A DNA stretch of 54,331 nt. It comes from Actinobacteria bacterium UBA7524. GTDB lineage: Bacteria > Actinomycetota > Coriobacteriia > Anaerosomatales > UBA912. The stretch lies in NCBI GenBank assembly GCA_002478275.1, contig DLMY01000020.1:77727-132057 (forward strand), read 5' to 3'. Within the stretch, counting starts at the first letter, position 1; the number at the start of each line of letters is the position of its first letter. Below the pieces are notes generated by a model, which had not been told where the DNA came from, did no database searches, and was given only the letters and a program-made list of their open reading frames with translations. This document shows, piece by piece, positions 38,212-47,935 of the stretch. Position numbers and translations under genes: made by a program.

Positions 38212-39587
38212 ATGTCTCGAAACCACAGGCCATGGTGCTCCAGGTTGTTCAGTCGGGATTGTGTATTGGCTGTGGCGCGTGTGTCTCTGCCTGCCCGGAA
38301 GGAATGATCGTGCTCGAACGCTTGTGGACAGGCATCTGGCAAGCAAGAGCGGTCGAGGGTTGTTGCAGTGCTTGCGGGCGATGTGAGAAGGTGTGCCCGT
38401 TCTCGCCGACGTGTCCCGACGAGGATGAATTGGGCCGGGAGTTGTTTGCCGAGGAGTCTACGGTCGAAGATGAAGTCCTAGGCTATGTACGTTCATCGTA
38501 CGTTTTCAGGCACCCAGACGAGAACCTTCGGCTCCGGAGTGCTTCGGGCGGCGCAGTGACATGGTTTCTTGAGAGATGCTTACGTGAAGGCGTGGTTGAT
38601 CGAGTTGCTGCTGTCGCTGCATCCAGTGGAGACTTTGAGTACGTCGGCTGCGACTCTGTCCAGCAAGTCAGGCGTTGCTCTGGATCGGCGTATCGTGCGT
38701 TGCGTGTAGACACGGTATTGTCCGAGATCAGGGAGAGCGAGATGAAATGGGCCGTCGTGGCAGTGCCGTGTGTCGCGAAGGCCATTCGATCGTTGTGTCA
38801 GCTAGATGCTCGGTTGCAGCGGTCTATCCGGGTCCTGGTTGGTCTCACGTGTGGTCAAACGAAGACGAATGCGTTCTCCGAATGGGTCGCATGGCATAGG
38901 AATCTCCCGGTGGATCAAGTCAGCCGATTTCGCGTCAAGGAACCGCAACGTCCTGCAGACGACTTTGCAGTGGAGTTCGAGGGAGGAAGTCGAGTTCATT
39001 GGCGTGAGGAGGTAGCACCGTCATGGCACGCACGCCTCTTCACACCGCCTGCTTGTGGTGTGTGCGACGACTTGTTTGCTGAGACTGCAGACGTCACGTG
39101 CATGGATGCCTGGTTGCCCGAATTCACGTCCGATTGGCGGGGTACTTCCCTTGTGCTCGTACGTTCGACACTCGTCGACGAAGTCATCGCCGGAGCGGAA
39201 CGTGCAGGAGAAGCGGAAGAGGCCATAGAGCGATGCTGCTTGTCGCGTCTGCGTAGTAGCCAGGGTGGACCTGAGCGCGACAAACGAGTCGGACTCGCCT
39301 ATAGGTTGGAACTCCGGGGAAGGCGAGGCGTATACACACCATCGAAGCGTGTTCTACCGGGATTGACCGGAAGCTCGCTTGAGAGGCTTGCCTGGAGGGT
39401 CGCCGAACGAAACGCTGAAGTGACCTTCAGAATGGATGAGAGTAGTCGTTTCCAGCTCTACAGGTGGGCGCGGAAGCGTACGCGGATATTCAGTGCCATT
39501 CGGCGTGTAGACTGGTCTTTGAGGAGACTCGATTCTCGATTGAAGGGCGGAATACGTCGAATCGCGCGCAGGAACGGTGTGAGATGA
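38208..39587 (+). CDS. FrhB/FdhB-family (F420 hydrogenase beta-like) Fe-S protein with N-terminal 2x[4Fe-4S] ferredoxin
   Basis: CIGCGACVSACP, CSACGRCEKVCP, SASGGAVT, VAVPC, GLTC, CGVCDD..ADVTCMDAW; GTG overlaps the wzx stop. Confidence 0.88.
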   Translation: MNVSKPQAMVLQVVQSGLCIGCGACVSACPEGMIVLERLWTGIWQARAVEGCCSACGRCEKVCPFSPTCPDEDELGRELFAEESTVEDEVLGYVRSSYVFRHPDENLRLRSASGGAVTWFLERCLREGVVDRVAAVAASSGDFEYVGCDSVQQVRRCSGSAYRALRVDTVLSEIRESEMKWAVVAVPCVAKAIRSLCQLDARLQRSIRVLVGLTCGQTKTNAFSEWVAWHRNLPVDQVSRFRVKEPQRPADDFAVEFEGGSRVHWREEVAPSWHARLFTPPACGVCDDLFAETADVTCMDAWLPEFTSDWRGTSLVLVRSTLVDEVIAGAERAGEAEEAIERCCLSRLRSSQGGPERDKRVGLAYRLELRGRRGVYTPSKRVLPGLTGSSLERLAWRVAERNAEVTFRMDESSRFQLYRWARKRTRIFSAIRRVDWSLRRLDSRLKGGIRRIARRNGVR

Positions 39588-40843
39588 AACCCAGTGAGCA
39601 TAGGGTCGTTCTGGCAGGCAACGGAGGCTGGGAGAATCGGGGCTGCGAGGCCATAGAGGTCTCTGTCAGGTCGATCATCGATGCTGTCGTTGGCCCGGTT
39701 TTCTTCACCATCATTCCCTTTGGAGAGGGCGATCGTGAGATCACAGACGATGCGTCGGAGAGGCTTGCGCCTCTCGACTGGCGCGTTCCACCCTTGAGTG
39801 CTGAACGTATCGTGCGATCCATGAACGCTCGCGGGTTGATTCCGAGCCATCGCCACTGGGCGTTTCGTCGACCGTTCGCGCGACTGGACGGCCTGTTCTC
39901 TCTCGAGACACCACTCGTCCAGATCGGCGGCGACAATTTCACGGTCGATTATGGCAACCCTGATCGTTTCTTCGCCCTGAACGACTATGCGTTGCGTCGT
40001 GGCTCACCTGTGGTTCTGTGGGGCGCGTCGATCGGGCCGTTCTCGTCTGATAGGTCCTACGAGCAGTATGCCGCGATGCAGTTGCGTCGGGTCTCGTTGA
40101 TACTAGCGCGAGAGAGTATGACAGTGGAGTACCTGGCTTCGATAGGTGTGACGAGCAACGTGAGAACGGCAATGGATCCCGCGTTCACTCTGGAGGAGGT
40201 CGAGCCACGGGAAGGCGTACGATCGCTGGTTGACGGCAGTCCGGTTGGACTCAACGTGAGCCCATTGTTCGGTCGATATACCGGAGAACCAGCAGATGCA
40301 TTGTCTGATGAGGTTAAGCGCCTGGCGGAGTCCATAGTGACGCACACTCGGAGGCCGGTCCTGTTCCTTCCTCACGTTATGACCCCTGGGCAGGATGATC
40401 ATGAATGGCACAGCGCTCAAGCGGAAGAGTTGCTCGCACGGTTGCCGTCGGACACCGTTCGTATCACGCCTCGTGACCTGTCCGCTCAGGAACTGAAGTG
40501 GTGCGCATCGCGGTGTTCGGTGGTTATCGGTTCGAGGACTCACTTGACGATCGCATCGATCAGCTCGGCCGTTCCGACTATCAGTTTGGGATACAGTGCC
40601 AAGGCCCGCGGAATCAACTACGAGGTGTTCGGACACGAGAGATACGTGGTTCCTGCGAAGGAATTCAGTGCCGAGAGCGTCGCGGAGATACTCAAGGATG
40701 TGCTTGAGCACGAGGCCGATATTCGTCACACGCTGCAGTCCCGTCAGGAGACTCTGAGGAGCTCTGCAACACTCGCGGGCCGAGAGTTCGCCGGATGTGT
40801 CGGTTGGGACATGCCAGCGGTGGAAGCTCGGCCGAAGTCATGA
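39584..40843 (+). CDS. Polysaccharide pyruvyl transferase family (WcaK-like)
   Basis: NRGCEAI, IGGDNF, GASIGPF, ARES, DPAF, IGSRTH..I.S....PTISLGY..K. Confidence 0.9.
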   Translation: MKPSEHRVVLAGNGGWENRGCEAIEVSVRSIIDAVVGPVFFTIIPFGEGDREITDDASERLAPLDWRVPPLSAERIVRSMNARGLIPSHRHWAFRRPFARLDGLFSLETPLVQIGGDNFTVDYGNPDRFFALNDYALRRGSPVVLWGASIGPFSSDRSYEQYAAMQLRRVSLILARESMTVEYLASIGVTSNVRTAMDPAFTLEEVEPREGVRSLVDGSPVGLNVSPLFGRYTGEPADALSDEVKRLAESIVTHTRRPVLFLPHVMTPGQDDHEWHSAQAEELLARLPSDTVRITPRDLSAQELKWCASRCSVVIGSRTHLTIASISSAVPTISLGYSAKARGINYEVFGHERYVVPAKEFSAESVAEILKDVLEHEADIRHTLQSRQETLRSSATLAGREFAGCVGWDMPAVEARPKS

Positions 40844-42303
40844 ACGCTCTCTTTTCGCATGCGAGACAGCACCCCCGCAGGACGGTTGCCCTGGCAGTGA
40901 TTGCTGCGGGGATTCCTTTGGGTGTTGTCTCAGTGTCGGATTCTGGCCCTGCTGTTGCCGGGCTACTTGCTGGGCTGCTCGTCGTCAGCTACACACTTCG
41001 TTTGTCGCTCGGACACTTCCTTGGACTGCTGGCCGGCTGGCTCCCCTTCGTTGGGCGTTTCGTCTTACTCGACGCCGGCAGCCTTCCCGACATCACTGTC
41101 GAGCGAATCGCGCTCCTGGTCGCTATCGTCCTCTGTGGTGAGAGGGTATGGCGCCAACGGCGGCACACAGTGGTGAAGGCCGACAGACTGATGATGATGG
41201 CGCTTGGCGTCGGACTTGCGACTCCTCTGCTCATGCTTTCTGCCCTTCGCTCTCCAGACGTCGCAAATGCTGTTCGAGTGTTTCTGGATTCGTATCTGTT
41301 GCCCTCAGCAATATTCCTGATGTGCGCAGCTGTACTCTGGTCTGAGCGGGAAATCACTGGATTCATGAGGTTTGCGATGGCCGGAGTTCTCGCTTGGACC
41401 GGTGTTGCAGGTTTCGAGATGGCTACTGGCGTGTCGGTCTTCGCCGGAATCGATTACTCAGCCCTTGGTCGTGATTACGTTAGAGCTGCCGGACCACTTC
41501 TCAGTCCCCCTGCACTCGGCTGGGCCACGAGCGTGTTCGCTACCGCCGGAACCGCATGGATCCTTGGCGCAAGACGGACGTTTGCCGGTGTGTTCGGAGT
41601 CGCAGCAGCGTTCGGCGCTTCTGCAATGTCGTTGACCCGGAGTGCTTGGCTTGGTGCCGGATTGGGTGTGATGGCTGTCATCGGCCGTCTGGGCGGCAGA
41701 TCCCGTTGGCGGTTCGTGATACTCGGTGTCCTAGGAGCCGGGATCTCCGTTATGGTGTTGTGGCACTTAGGAGCGCAAACAGTAGCTGAACGAGCGGGGA
41801 ACGAGGGGACCATCAACAACCGGCTCATCATGCTTGCGACATCGTGGGTGCTGATACGGCGTTCGCCGTTCTTTGGGATAGGTCTCGCTTCTTATGCGGA
41901 CGCATCTCGGCCGGTTCTCACGACGTTTGGGGAGCTGTCTGCATCCTATGGGACTGGTGTCCTCGCTCCGCACAACACCATTGTCTTGGTGGCGGTGGAA
42001 GCAGGCTTACTGACCGCGCTGTTTCTGATCGTCGCCGGCTACCATCTCGTGCGGGAAGTCCTGACGAGGGCGTTCGTCAAGGGTCGCGACAACTGGCCTG
42101 CGATGGGCTTGCTGGGTGGGTTAGCTGCGACCATCACGAACGCCGTGGCTGTAGACTTGCAGTTGATGTGGCGTGCTGCTTATGTCGTCGCGATGCTCTT
42201 GGGCGTGATGTATGGCGCTATGACCAGTCACGCGAGAGCTGACGGTGGAATCAGCAGTCTATCTGGCGTGCATGGCTCGTTGGACTCCTGGGATCCAGCT
42301 TGA
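40840..42303 (+). CDS. O-antigen ligase/Wzy_C family membrane protein, probable polymerase
   Basis: Multi-TM; RAAGP, SLTRSAWLG, SPFFGIG, APHNT. Confidence 0.85.
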   Translation: MNALFSHARQHPRRTVALAVIAAGIPLGVVSVSDSGPAVAGLLAGLLVVSYTLRLSLGHFLGLLAGWLPFVGRFVLLDAGSLPDITVERIALLVAIVLCGERVWRQRRHTVVKADRLMMMALGVGLATPLLMLSALRSPDVANAVRVFLDSYLLPSAIFLMCAAVLWSEREITGFMRFAMAGVLAWTGVAGFEMATGVSVFAGIDYSALGRDYVRAAGPLLSPPALGWATSVFATAGTAWILGARRTFAGVFGVAAAFGASAMSLTRSAWLGAGLGVMAVIGRLGGRSRWRFVILGVLGAGISVMVLWHLGAQTVAERAGNEGTINNRLIMLATSWVLIRRSPFFGIGLASYADASRPVLTTFGELSASYGTGVLAPHNTIVLVAVEAGLLTALFLIVAGYHLVREVLTRAFVKGRDNWPAMGLLGGLAATITNAVAVDLQLMWRAAYVVAMLLGVMYGAMTSHARADGGISSLSGVHGSLDSWDPA

Positions 42304-43130
42304 GGGCACCAGTGAGGAGCTTTGGCATGTTCAGTCGGGATCGTTATCTCAGTGGGGAATTCTTATACGGGGATGACTTCTCTGCTGAGCAGATCGCTGA
42401 GTGGAATGCTCAGGAGGCGGAGGGCTACTCGGGCCTGAGTGCAGCTCGCAGTGACGAGTACTCCTATGCCTACCATGCCTGGAACACCTACCACGGGTAC
42501 CGTTACCTGCCTAAGGGCGTGATGTTCCGCAGTGTTCTGGGACTCGGTAGCGCCTACGGCGAGGAATTCGCGCCAATCGCACCACGGATCGGCACTCTGA
42601 CGGTAGTTGAGTCTTCTCAGTTGCTGAGGAGGGACTCAGTCGAGGGCGTACCGATCCGGTACTTGGAGCCGCGCGCAGACAATAGTATTCCGCTAGAGGA
42701 TGAAAGTGTCGATCTGGTCTGTTGCCTTGGTGTACTGCACCATATTCCGAACGTGACTTTCGTAATCAGCGAGATGGCGCGAGTGCTCCGCTCTGGAGGT
42801 ATTGCAGTGATCCGTGAGCCAATTGTGTCAATGGGCGACTGGAGCACACCGCGACGCGGGCTCACACGCAACGAACGGGGGATTCCGCGAGATATTCTCA
42901 TCGACCGTTTGCGGGGCGTGTTTGAGGAAGTGCACTGCTCGTTGTGTGGATTCCCAGTGGTTGCTCGACTGGCGCGAGCAGTCCGCATAGATGCCTACAA
43001 CTCGATGATTGTCACGAGAGTGGACGCTCTGCTGAGCAGGGCATTCGCATGGAATGTCAACTACCATCCGATTACGATTCTGCACAGGTTTCGTCCCACT
43101 TCGATGTTCGCGGTGGTGAAGAAGCCGTGA
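42300..43130 (+). CDS. Class I SAM-dependent methyltransferase
   Basis: VLGLGSAYG, IPLEDESVDLV, VLHHIPN, EMARVLRSGG; start may be 42312 or 42327. Confidence 0.85.
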   Translation: MRAPVRSFGMFSRDRYLSGEFLYGDDFSAEQIAEWNAQEAEGYSGLSAARSDEYSYAYHAWNTYHGYRYLPKGVMFRSVLGLGSAYGEEFAPIAPRIGTLTVVESSQLLRRDSVEGVPIRYLEPRADNSIPLEDESVDLVCCLGVLHHIPNVTFVISEMARVLRSGGIAVIREPIVSMGDWSTPRRGLTRNERGIPRDILIDRLRGVFEEVHCSLCGFPVVARLARAVRIDAYNSMIVTRVDALLSRAFAWNVNYHPITILHRFRPTSMFAVVKKP

Positions 43131-43182
43131 CACGTGCCACACAGAACCTGATCATCAAACCACAGAACTCGGATGTGGCTTC

Positions 43183-44319
43183 ATGAGGTTACTCATGGTG
43201 ACGCCTTATCCTCTTCATGACGAGCATCCGGTGGGTGGTGTCGAGAGCGCTGCAGTGTCCTTGGCCGAGGGACTGTCCGCGCTAGATGGTATGGAGGTCC
43301 ATGTATTACGTCTCGATCGTGTCGGTCTGGGTGCCGCGTCATGGACAAGGCGCCACGTTCAAGTGCGTTCTGAGCCGTGTGTGGAACGCGGTGCCGCTTT
43401 CCGTGGGTTCAGCCTGGCGCGGAAGATCGTCGCTTCGGAGGTGGAGAGGGTTCGACCCGATATCGTTCACGCGCAAGGCCTGGGACCGGAGGGTGTGGCT
43501 GTCGCGGTTCTGAGGGACATCTCGACCGTGATCACCCCACACGGGCACCCTCGACGTGACGCGTCTTTGAATCGTACGGGACTGAAAGCGTTTCTCGAAG
43601 GATACGTTCGGACACTACTTGCAGTCGCGGCACTGCGAAAGGCCTCACTTTGCGTCGCCGTGGGTAACGAGGACTCCAATCTCGCGAGATGGGCGAGGCG
43701 CGTTGTCCGAGTGCCTAACCCGGTACGAAGAGAATTCTTCGCCGGGGTCGACGAGAATACGCGACGAAACGGCGTGTTGATACCCGCCAACGTGAAGCCG
43801 ATAAAGGGAATCGAACGTGTGCTCCAGGCCGCCACCACTGTAGGAATTCGCGGACTCACCGTCGCAGGAGCAGTTGAGGATACCGACTACCATGCTGATT
43901 TGAGCGCTACAGCGCGTAGGCTTGATCTTGACGTTGACTGGAAGGGCAATCTGGGACCCGAGGCTTTGTCGACAGAGTACGACCGGGCGCTCATGATGGT
44001 ACTTGGGTCGGATTGGGAGGTCACACCCGTGACTATCGCTGAGGCCATGATCAGGGGTTGCCCTGTGGTTGCCCCGGACTATGCGGGCATCGTGGAGATG
44101 TTGGGGCACGGAGACTTCGGTTGGCTCTACCGTGCACGTGACGTGGAGGATCTGACGCGCGCCCTTCGCGAGGTACTGACTGAACGCGAGGAAGTCAGCG
44201 CCCGATGTCGTACAGCTCAGGCTCACGCATGCCGAGAATACGACCCCGTGAGGATTGCCCAGCTGATTGTTGGCGAGTATCAACTGGCTGCTCCCAACCC
44301 GAAGGGAGTTCGATCGTGA
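43183..44319 (+). CDS. Glycosyltransferase family 4
   Basis: GGVE, PDIVHAQ, KGIERVL, EVTPVTIAEAMIRGCPVV. Confidence 0.88.
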   Translation: MRLLMVTPYPLHDEHPVGGVESAAVSLAEGLSALDGMEVHVLRLDRVGLGAASWTRRHVQVRSEPCVERGAAFRGFSLARKIVASEVERVRPDIVHAQGLGPEGVAVAVLRDISTVITPHGHPRRDASLNRTGLKAFLEGYVRTLLAVAALRKASLCVAVGNEDSNLARWARRVVRVPNPVRREFFAGVDENTRRNGVLIPANVKPIKGIERVLQAATTVGIRGLTVAGAVEDTDYHADLSATARRLDLDVDWKGNLGPEALSTEYDRALMMVLGSDWEVTPVTIAEAMIRGCPVVAPDYAGIVEMLGHGDFGWLYRARDVEDLTRALREVLTEREEVSARCRTAQAHACREYDPVRIAQLIVGEYQLAAPNPKGVRS

Positions 44320-45572
44320 CGGATGTCTGTGACCGAGCTGTATCCAAGCCCAAGATTGTCTACGTGGACTATGAGTTTCCCTCGTTGACCACCACGTTCA
44401 CCTGGCGTGAGGTTGCTCATCTATTGGAAGTTGGATACGAGGTAGAGGTCCTCTCTATGCGGTGTCCAGACGAGGCGCTTCTTCATCCCAATGCGAGAGT
44501 CCTGGCTGCACTCACCACATACGTTGGCCGGCCCGGCACAAGTACGTGTCTCGGCGCGCTGGTGCGACTCTTCCTCAGGCGCCCTACTCGCGTGTTGAGT
44601 GCTCTCGGCATGCTGCTGTCCCCTGTCCACCCAGTGGGCAAGTACCCTGCTTTCGTGTATCACCTGTTGTGGGCAGCCTATGCAACGGAATCTCGCCTCA
44701 CCGCCGGTGCATCTGTCGTACACGCGCCATTTGCTGCCGGGCAAGGGTCTATGGCGCTGTTCATCTCAATCCTCGACGACATTCCGTTGTGGATCACCTC
44801 CCACGCATATGATATCTACTGCGACCGCATCGCAATTCGGCGCAAGCTGAAGCGCGCAGACCTCTTCGTGACGATCTCAAGGGCAAACCTCGAGTTCCTT
44901 CGTAAGCAATATGATGGGGATGCCCGTGATGTCCGAGTCTTCTATCTCGGGGTGGATCCTGGTGAGATCCACTATGAGCCACCGACCCCCGCCACCAACT
45001 CGCCGCGAATCGTCTCCGTTGCCAGCCTCAGCCCAAAGAAGGGTCATGACGTACTGGTACTGGCGTGCAAGATTTTGCGAGACAGGGGTTTGGATCTTAC
45101 GTGCGAGATCGTTGGTGCCGGACCATTGATGGAAGACTTGCATAAGCTGGTCGGCCAACTTGAGCTTCGCGACGTCGTCGCACTGTCGGGTCCGATGTCA
45201 AACGATAGGGCGCAAGCCGTAATCCGCTCCTCAGACGTCTTCGTTCTTGCCTCACAGCCTGGGGTCCGGGGAGATCGAGATGGGATACCAGTCGCGCTCA
45301 TGGAGGCGATGGCTGCCGGGGTGCCGGTGGTATCGACACGCATTTCGGGCATTCCGGAGTTGGTGGTCGATGGGGTCACGGGCTTGCTCGCAAGTCCAGG
45401 CAATCCCGAGGAGATCGCTGACGCCATTATGGCGGCGGCAACTGATGAGGGACTGCGCGAACGCCTCTCTGAGGAAGGGCGTCTGCATATAGAACGGTAC
45501 TTCGATCAACGTGCGAATACAGCAGCGCTTGCCGAAACGGTTTGCGATGTGATTCAGAGAAGCGAGGCGTAG
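44316..45572 (+). CDS. Glycosyltransferase family 4 (WcaL-like)
   Basis: FPSLTTTF..RE, HAYDIY, KKGH, DRDGIPVALMEAMA.G.PVVSTRISGIPE. Confidence 0.9.
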   Translation: MTDVCDRAVSKPKIVYVDYEFPSLTTTFTWREVAHLLEVGYEVEVLSMRCPDEALLHPNARVLAALTTYVGRPGTSTCLGALVRLFLRRPTRVLSALGMLLSPVHPVGKYPAFVYHLLWAAYATESRLTAGASVVHAPFAAGQGSMALFISILDDIPLWITSHAYDIYCDRIAIRRKLKRADLFVTISRANLEFLRKQYDGDARDVRVFYLGVDPGEIHYEPPTPATNSPRIVSVASLSPKKGHDVLVLACKILRDRGLDLTCEIVGAGPLMEDLHKLVGQLELRDVVALSGPMSNDRAQAVIRSSDVFVLASQPGVRGDRDGIPVALMEAMAAGVPVVSTRISGIPELVVDGVTGLLASPGNPEEIADAIMAAATDEGLRERLSEEGRLHIERYFDQRANTAALAETVCDVIQRSEA

Positions 45573-45573
45573 C

Positions 45574-46758
45574 GTGTCGTCTGTTGACTCCCAGAGTCCG
45601 ACTCGCGTTCTCATTCAGCGTATCGTGCCGCCTTATAAGCTGGACTTGATTGAACGCTTGGCTGAAGAATTCGACCTGTTCGTAATCCACGCTCGTGAAG
45701 CGCGCCGGGCGACCGTGTTCGACGTCGGCGATATGCGAAGCCCTCATCATCTGACTTGGAGGGTTTATGTTCCTCGCTCAGAGTCAGTTGTCTTCCTGGG
45801 CGGGCTTGTTCCAACATTGCGCCTACATCCACGCACTGTCGTACTGGAGGGTAGTCTTGGGGTTCTCACAAACTACGTGTACCTGTTCTTCAAGCGACTG
45901 TTTGGGATACGTGTTGTGTTGTGGACGTTCGGCTTCGATCCTGCAGAAGGGGCTATTGGGACTGGGCTGAAGGATTGTTTGCGTCTTTGGATGTACCGCC
46001 GGTCTGATGCAATCATCGTGTACTCCTATTTCAGTCGAGCCATGCTAGTGGAATCGGAACGGGCGCTTGAGGCCAAGACGTTCGTTGCGCTGAATGTCGT
46101 AGGGTCGGAGTTGACAAGACAAGGCAGACATACTTGGCGCAATCGTAGCGCACGTGAAGCGAGACAGTACCTCGGACTTGAAGACTCGGACCTGGACCGG
46201 TCCACCGTGGTCTTTGTGGGTCGGCTGATTCAAGAGAAGCGTGTCGAGGTATTGATAGAAGCTGTCTCCAAGCTGCGGAGACAAGGGAAGGATTTGTGCT
46301 GCTATATCGTGGGAGATGGACCGGAGCGTACCTGCCTGGAGATACTGAGTCAACAACTCGAGATTGGCGATGTGGTGCACTTTGCTGGTCACGTGTACCC
46401 GCGTGAAGCAGCAGCATGGTTTGCGGCAGCTGACATCGTCGCTGTTCCCGGCAGGCTTGGTCTTGTAGTCAGTCATGCCGCGGCATTCGGTGCCCCGGTC
46501 CTATCCGTGCAAAGGGAGGGGTTCCACGGTGAGGGCGCAGAGTTCCTCGTCGAGGGTATTACGGGATGGTGGTGTGACAGTTATGAAGGATATGCCGCTG
46601 CCCTTGACAAGCGCCTAGACGATCGAGAAGGGCTTGACGCCGTGAAGCGGGAGTGCATCGAGTACTCTCAGCGGCACCTGACTGAGGATGAGACCGTAAA
46701 GGGATTTGGTGCCGCACTCAGGCATGCAGAACGGCAATTGCCGACTGAGTGCAGGTAG
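45574..46758 (+). CDS. Glycosyltransferase family 4
   Basis: FVGRLIQEKRV, IVGDGPER, PGRLGL..SHA..FG.P, HGEG.E. Confidence 0.87.
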   Translation: MSSVDSQSPTRVLIQRIVPPYKLDLIERLAEEFDLFVIHAREARRATVFDVGDMRSPHHLTWRVYVPRSESVVFLGGLVPTLRLHPRTVVLEGSLGVLTNYVYLFFKRLFGIRVVLWTFGFDPAEGAIGTGLKDCLRLWMYRRSDAIIVYSYFSRAMLVESERALEAKTFVALNVVGSELTRQGRHTWRNRSAREARQYLGLEDSDLDRSTVVFVGRLIQEKRVEVLIEAVSKLRRQGKDLCCYIVGDGPERTCLEILSQQLEIGDVVHFAGHVYPREAAAWFAAADIVAVPGRLGLVVSHAAAFGAPVLSVQREGFHGEGAEFLVEGITGWWCDSYEGYAAALDKRLDDREGLDAVKRECIEYSQRHLTEDETVKGFGAALRHAERQLPTECR

Positions 46759-46780
46759 CATGGGTCTTAGATGACGGGAG

Positions 46781-47935
46781 ATGAGCGTGCGTAGTAGCAG
46801 AATAGCGAGAGACCGCATTCTAGCTGTCGGGCCGACCCCTCCTCCAATCAATGGGATGAGTGTAGCCACCGACTTTCTGTTGCGTACGAGAGCTGCACGA
46901 GAATTGGGCTTGAGTCTGATTGACACTGCGGATCGGCGAGGCCTTGGCAATGTTGGGCGCTTTGACTTGGACAACGTCATCGGGGCGTTCAAAGTTGGCG
47001 CGCAGTTCTTGGTGAGGTTGCTTAGAAGTAAGCCAGACGTCGTCTACGTGCCAATCGCCCAGAATAGACTTGGGTTCTTGAGGGATGCGCTTTTCCTTCT
47101 TCCGTCCAGATTCTCGTCCGTGGAGATCGTGTTTCACGTGCACGGTGGGTATTTCGGGGAGTTCTATCGGGAATGTGGCACCCTGATGCGTTGGCTTATC
47201 AAGTTCACGCTTCGCCGAGCGCACACAGGTATCGTACTCGGCGAATGCCTGCGAGAGATGCTCTGTGACATCCTGCCTTCGGATAGAGTCAGAGTTGTTT
47301 CGAACGGTATCGAGGACCCGTCGAATGCGGTGGAGGTTCACGAGCGCTCGCATGTTCCCACGGTGCTGTGGATGAGCAAGATGGACGCAGGTAAGGGCTA
47401 TCTTGATGTGCTGGTTGCTGCCGTGAACGTCAGCTTGTCAAATCCGGGCGTCCGGTTTCTCTTCGCCGGTGAGTGGCTGAGCTCCGACGATGAACAGAGA
47501 GCGCGTGACTGGGTGGCGGAACACGATATGGGTTCGAGTGTGATCTTCCTTGGTCCAGTGGGGCCCCCCGAGAAGTACTCGCTTATCAAGGAGGCATCGG
47601 TATTCGTTTTGCCGACACGCTATCGCTTCGAAGGCCAGCCGTACGCCATTATCGAAGCCATGAGTCTAGGTGTGCCTGTCGTGACCTCTCCGGCAGGATG
47701 CATCGCTGAGACGGTGATAGACGGAGTAACAGGATTCCTAGTCGATGCCGGCGACCAAGATGCGCTGGCTGACAAGATCGGCACCTTGCTGAATGATCCT
47801 GGACTCGCGGAAAGCATGGGTCAAGCTGGTCGGAAGAGATTTCTGGAGAGGTACACCTTCGCAGTCTGGGACAATGAAATGTCGCGTATCCTTGAGAGTG
47901 CAGCTCAACGGAGATTCAGAGAGGACTTGCGATGA
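46781..47935 (+). CDS. Glycosyltransferase family 4
   Basis: GPTPPPING, RD, HVHGG, KG, EGQPYAIIEAMSLGVPVV. Confidence 0.9.
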   Translation: MSVRSSRIARDRILAVGPTPPPINGMSVATDFLLRTRAARELGLSLIDTADRRGLGNVGRFDLDNVIGAFKVGAQFLVRLLRSKPDVVYVPIAQNRLGFLRDALFLLPSRFSSVEIVFHVHGGYFGEFYRECGTLMRWLIKFTLRRAHTGIVLGECLREMLCDILPSDRVRVVSNGIEDPSNAVEVHERSHVPTVLWMSKMDAGKGYLDVLVAAVNVSLSNPGVRFLFAGEWLSSDDEQRARDWVAEHDMGSSVIFLGPVGPPEKYSLIKEASVFVLPTRYRFEGQPYAIIEAMSLGVPVVTSPAGCIAETVIDGVTGFLVDAGDQDALADKIGTLLNDPGLAESMGQAGRKRFLERYTFAVWDNEMSRILESAAQRRFREDLR

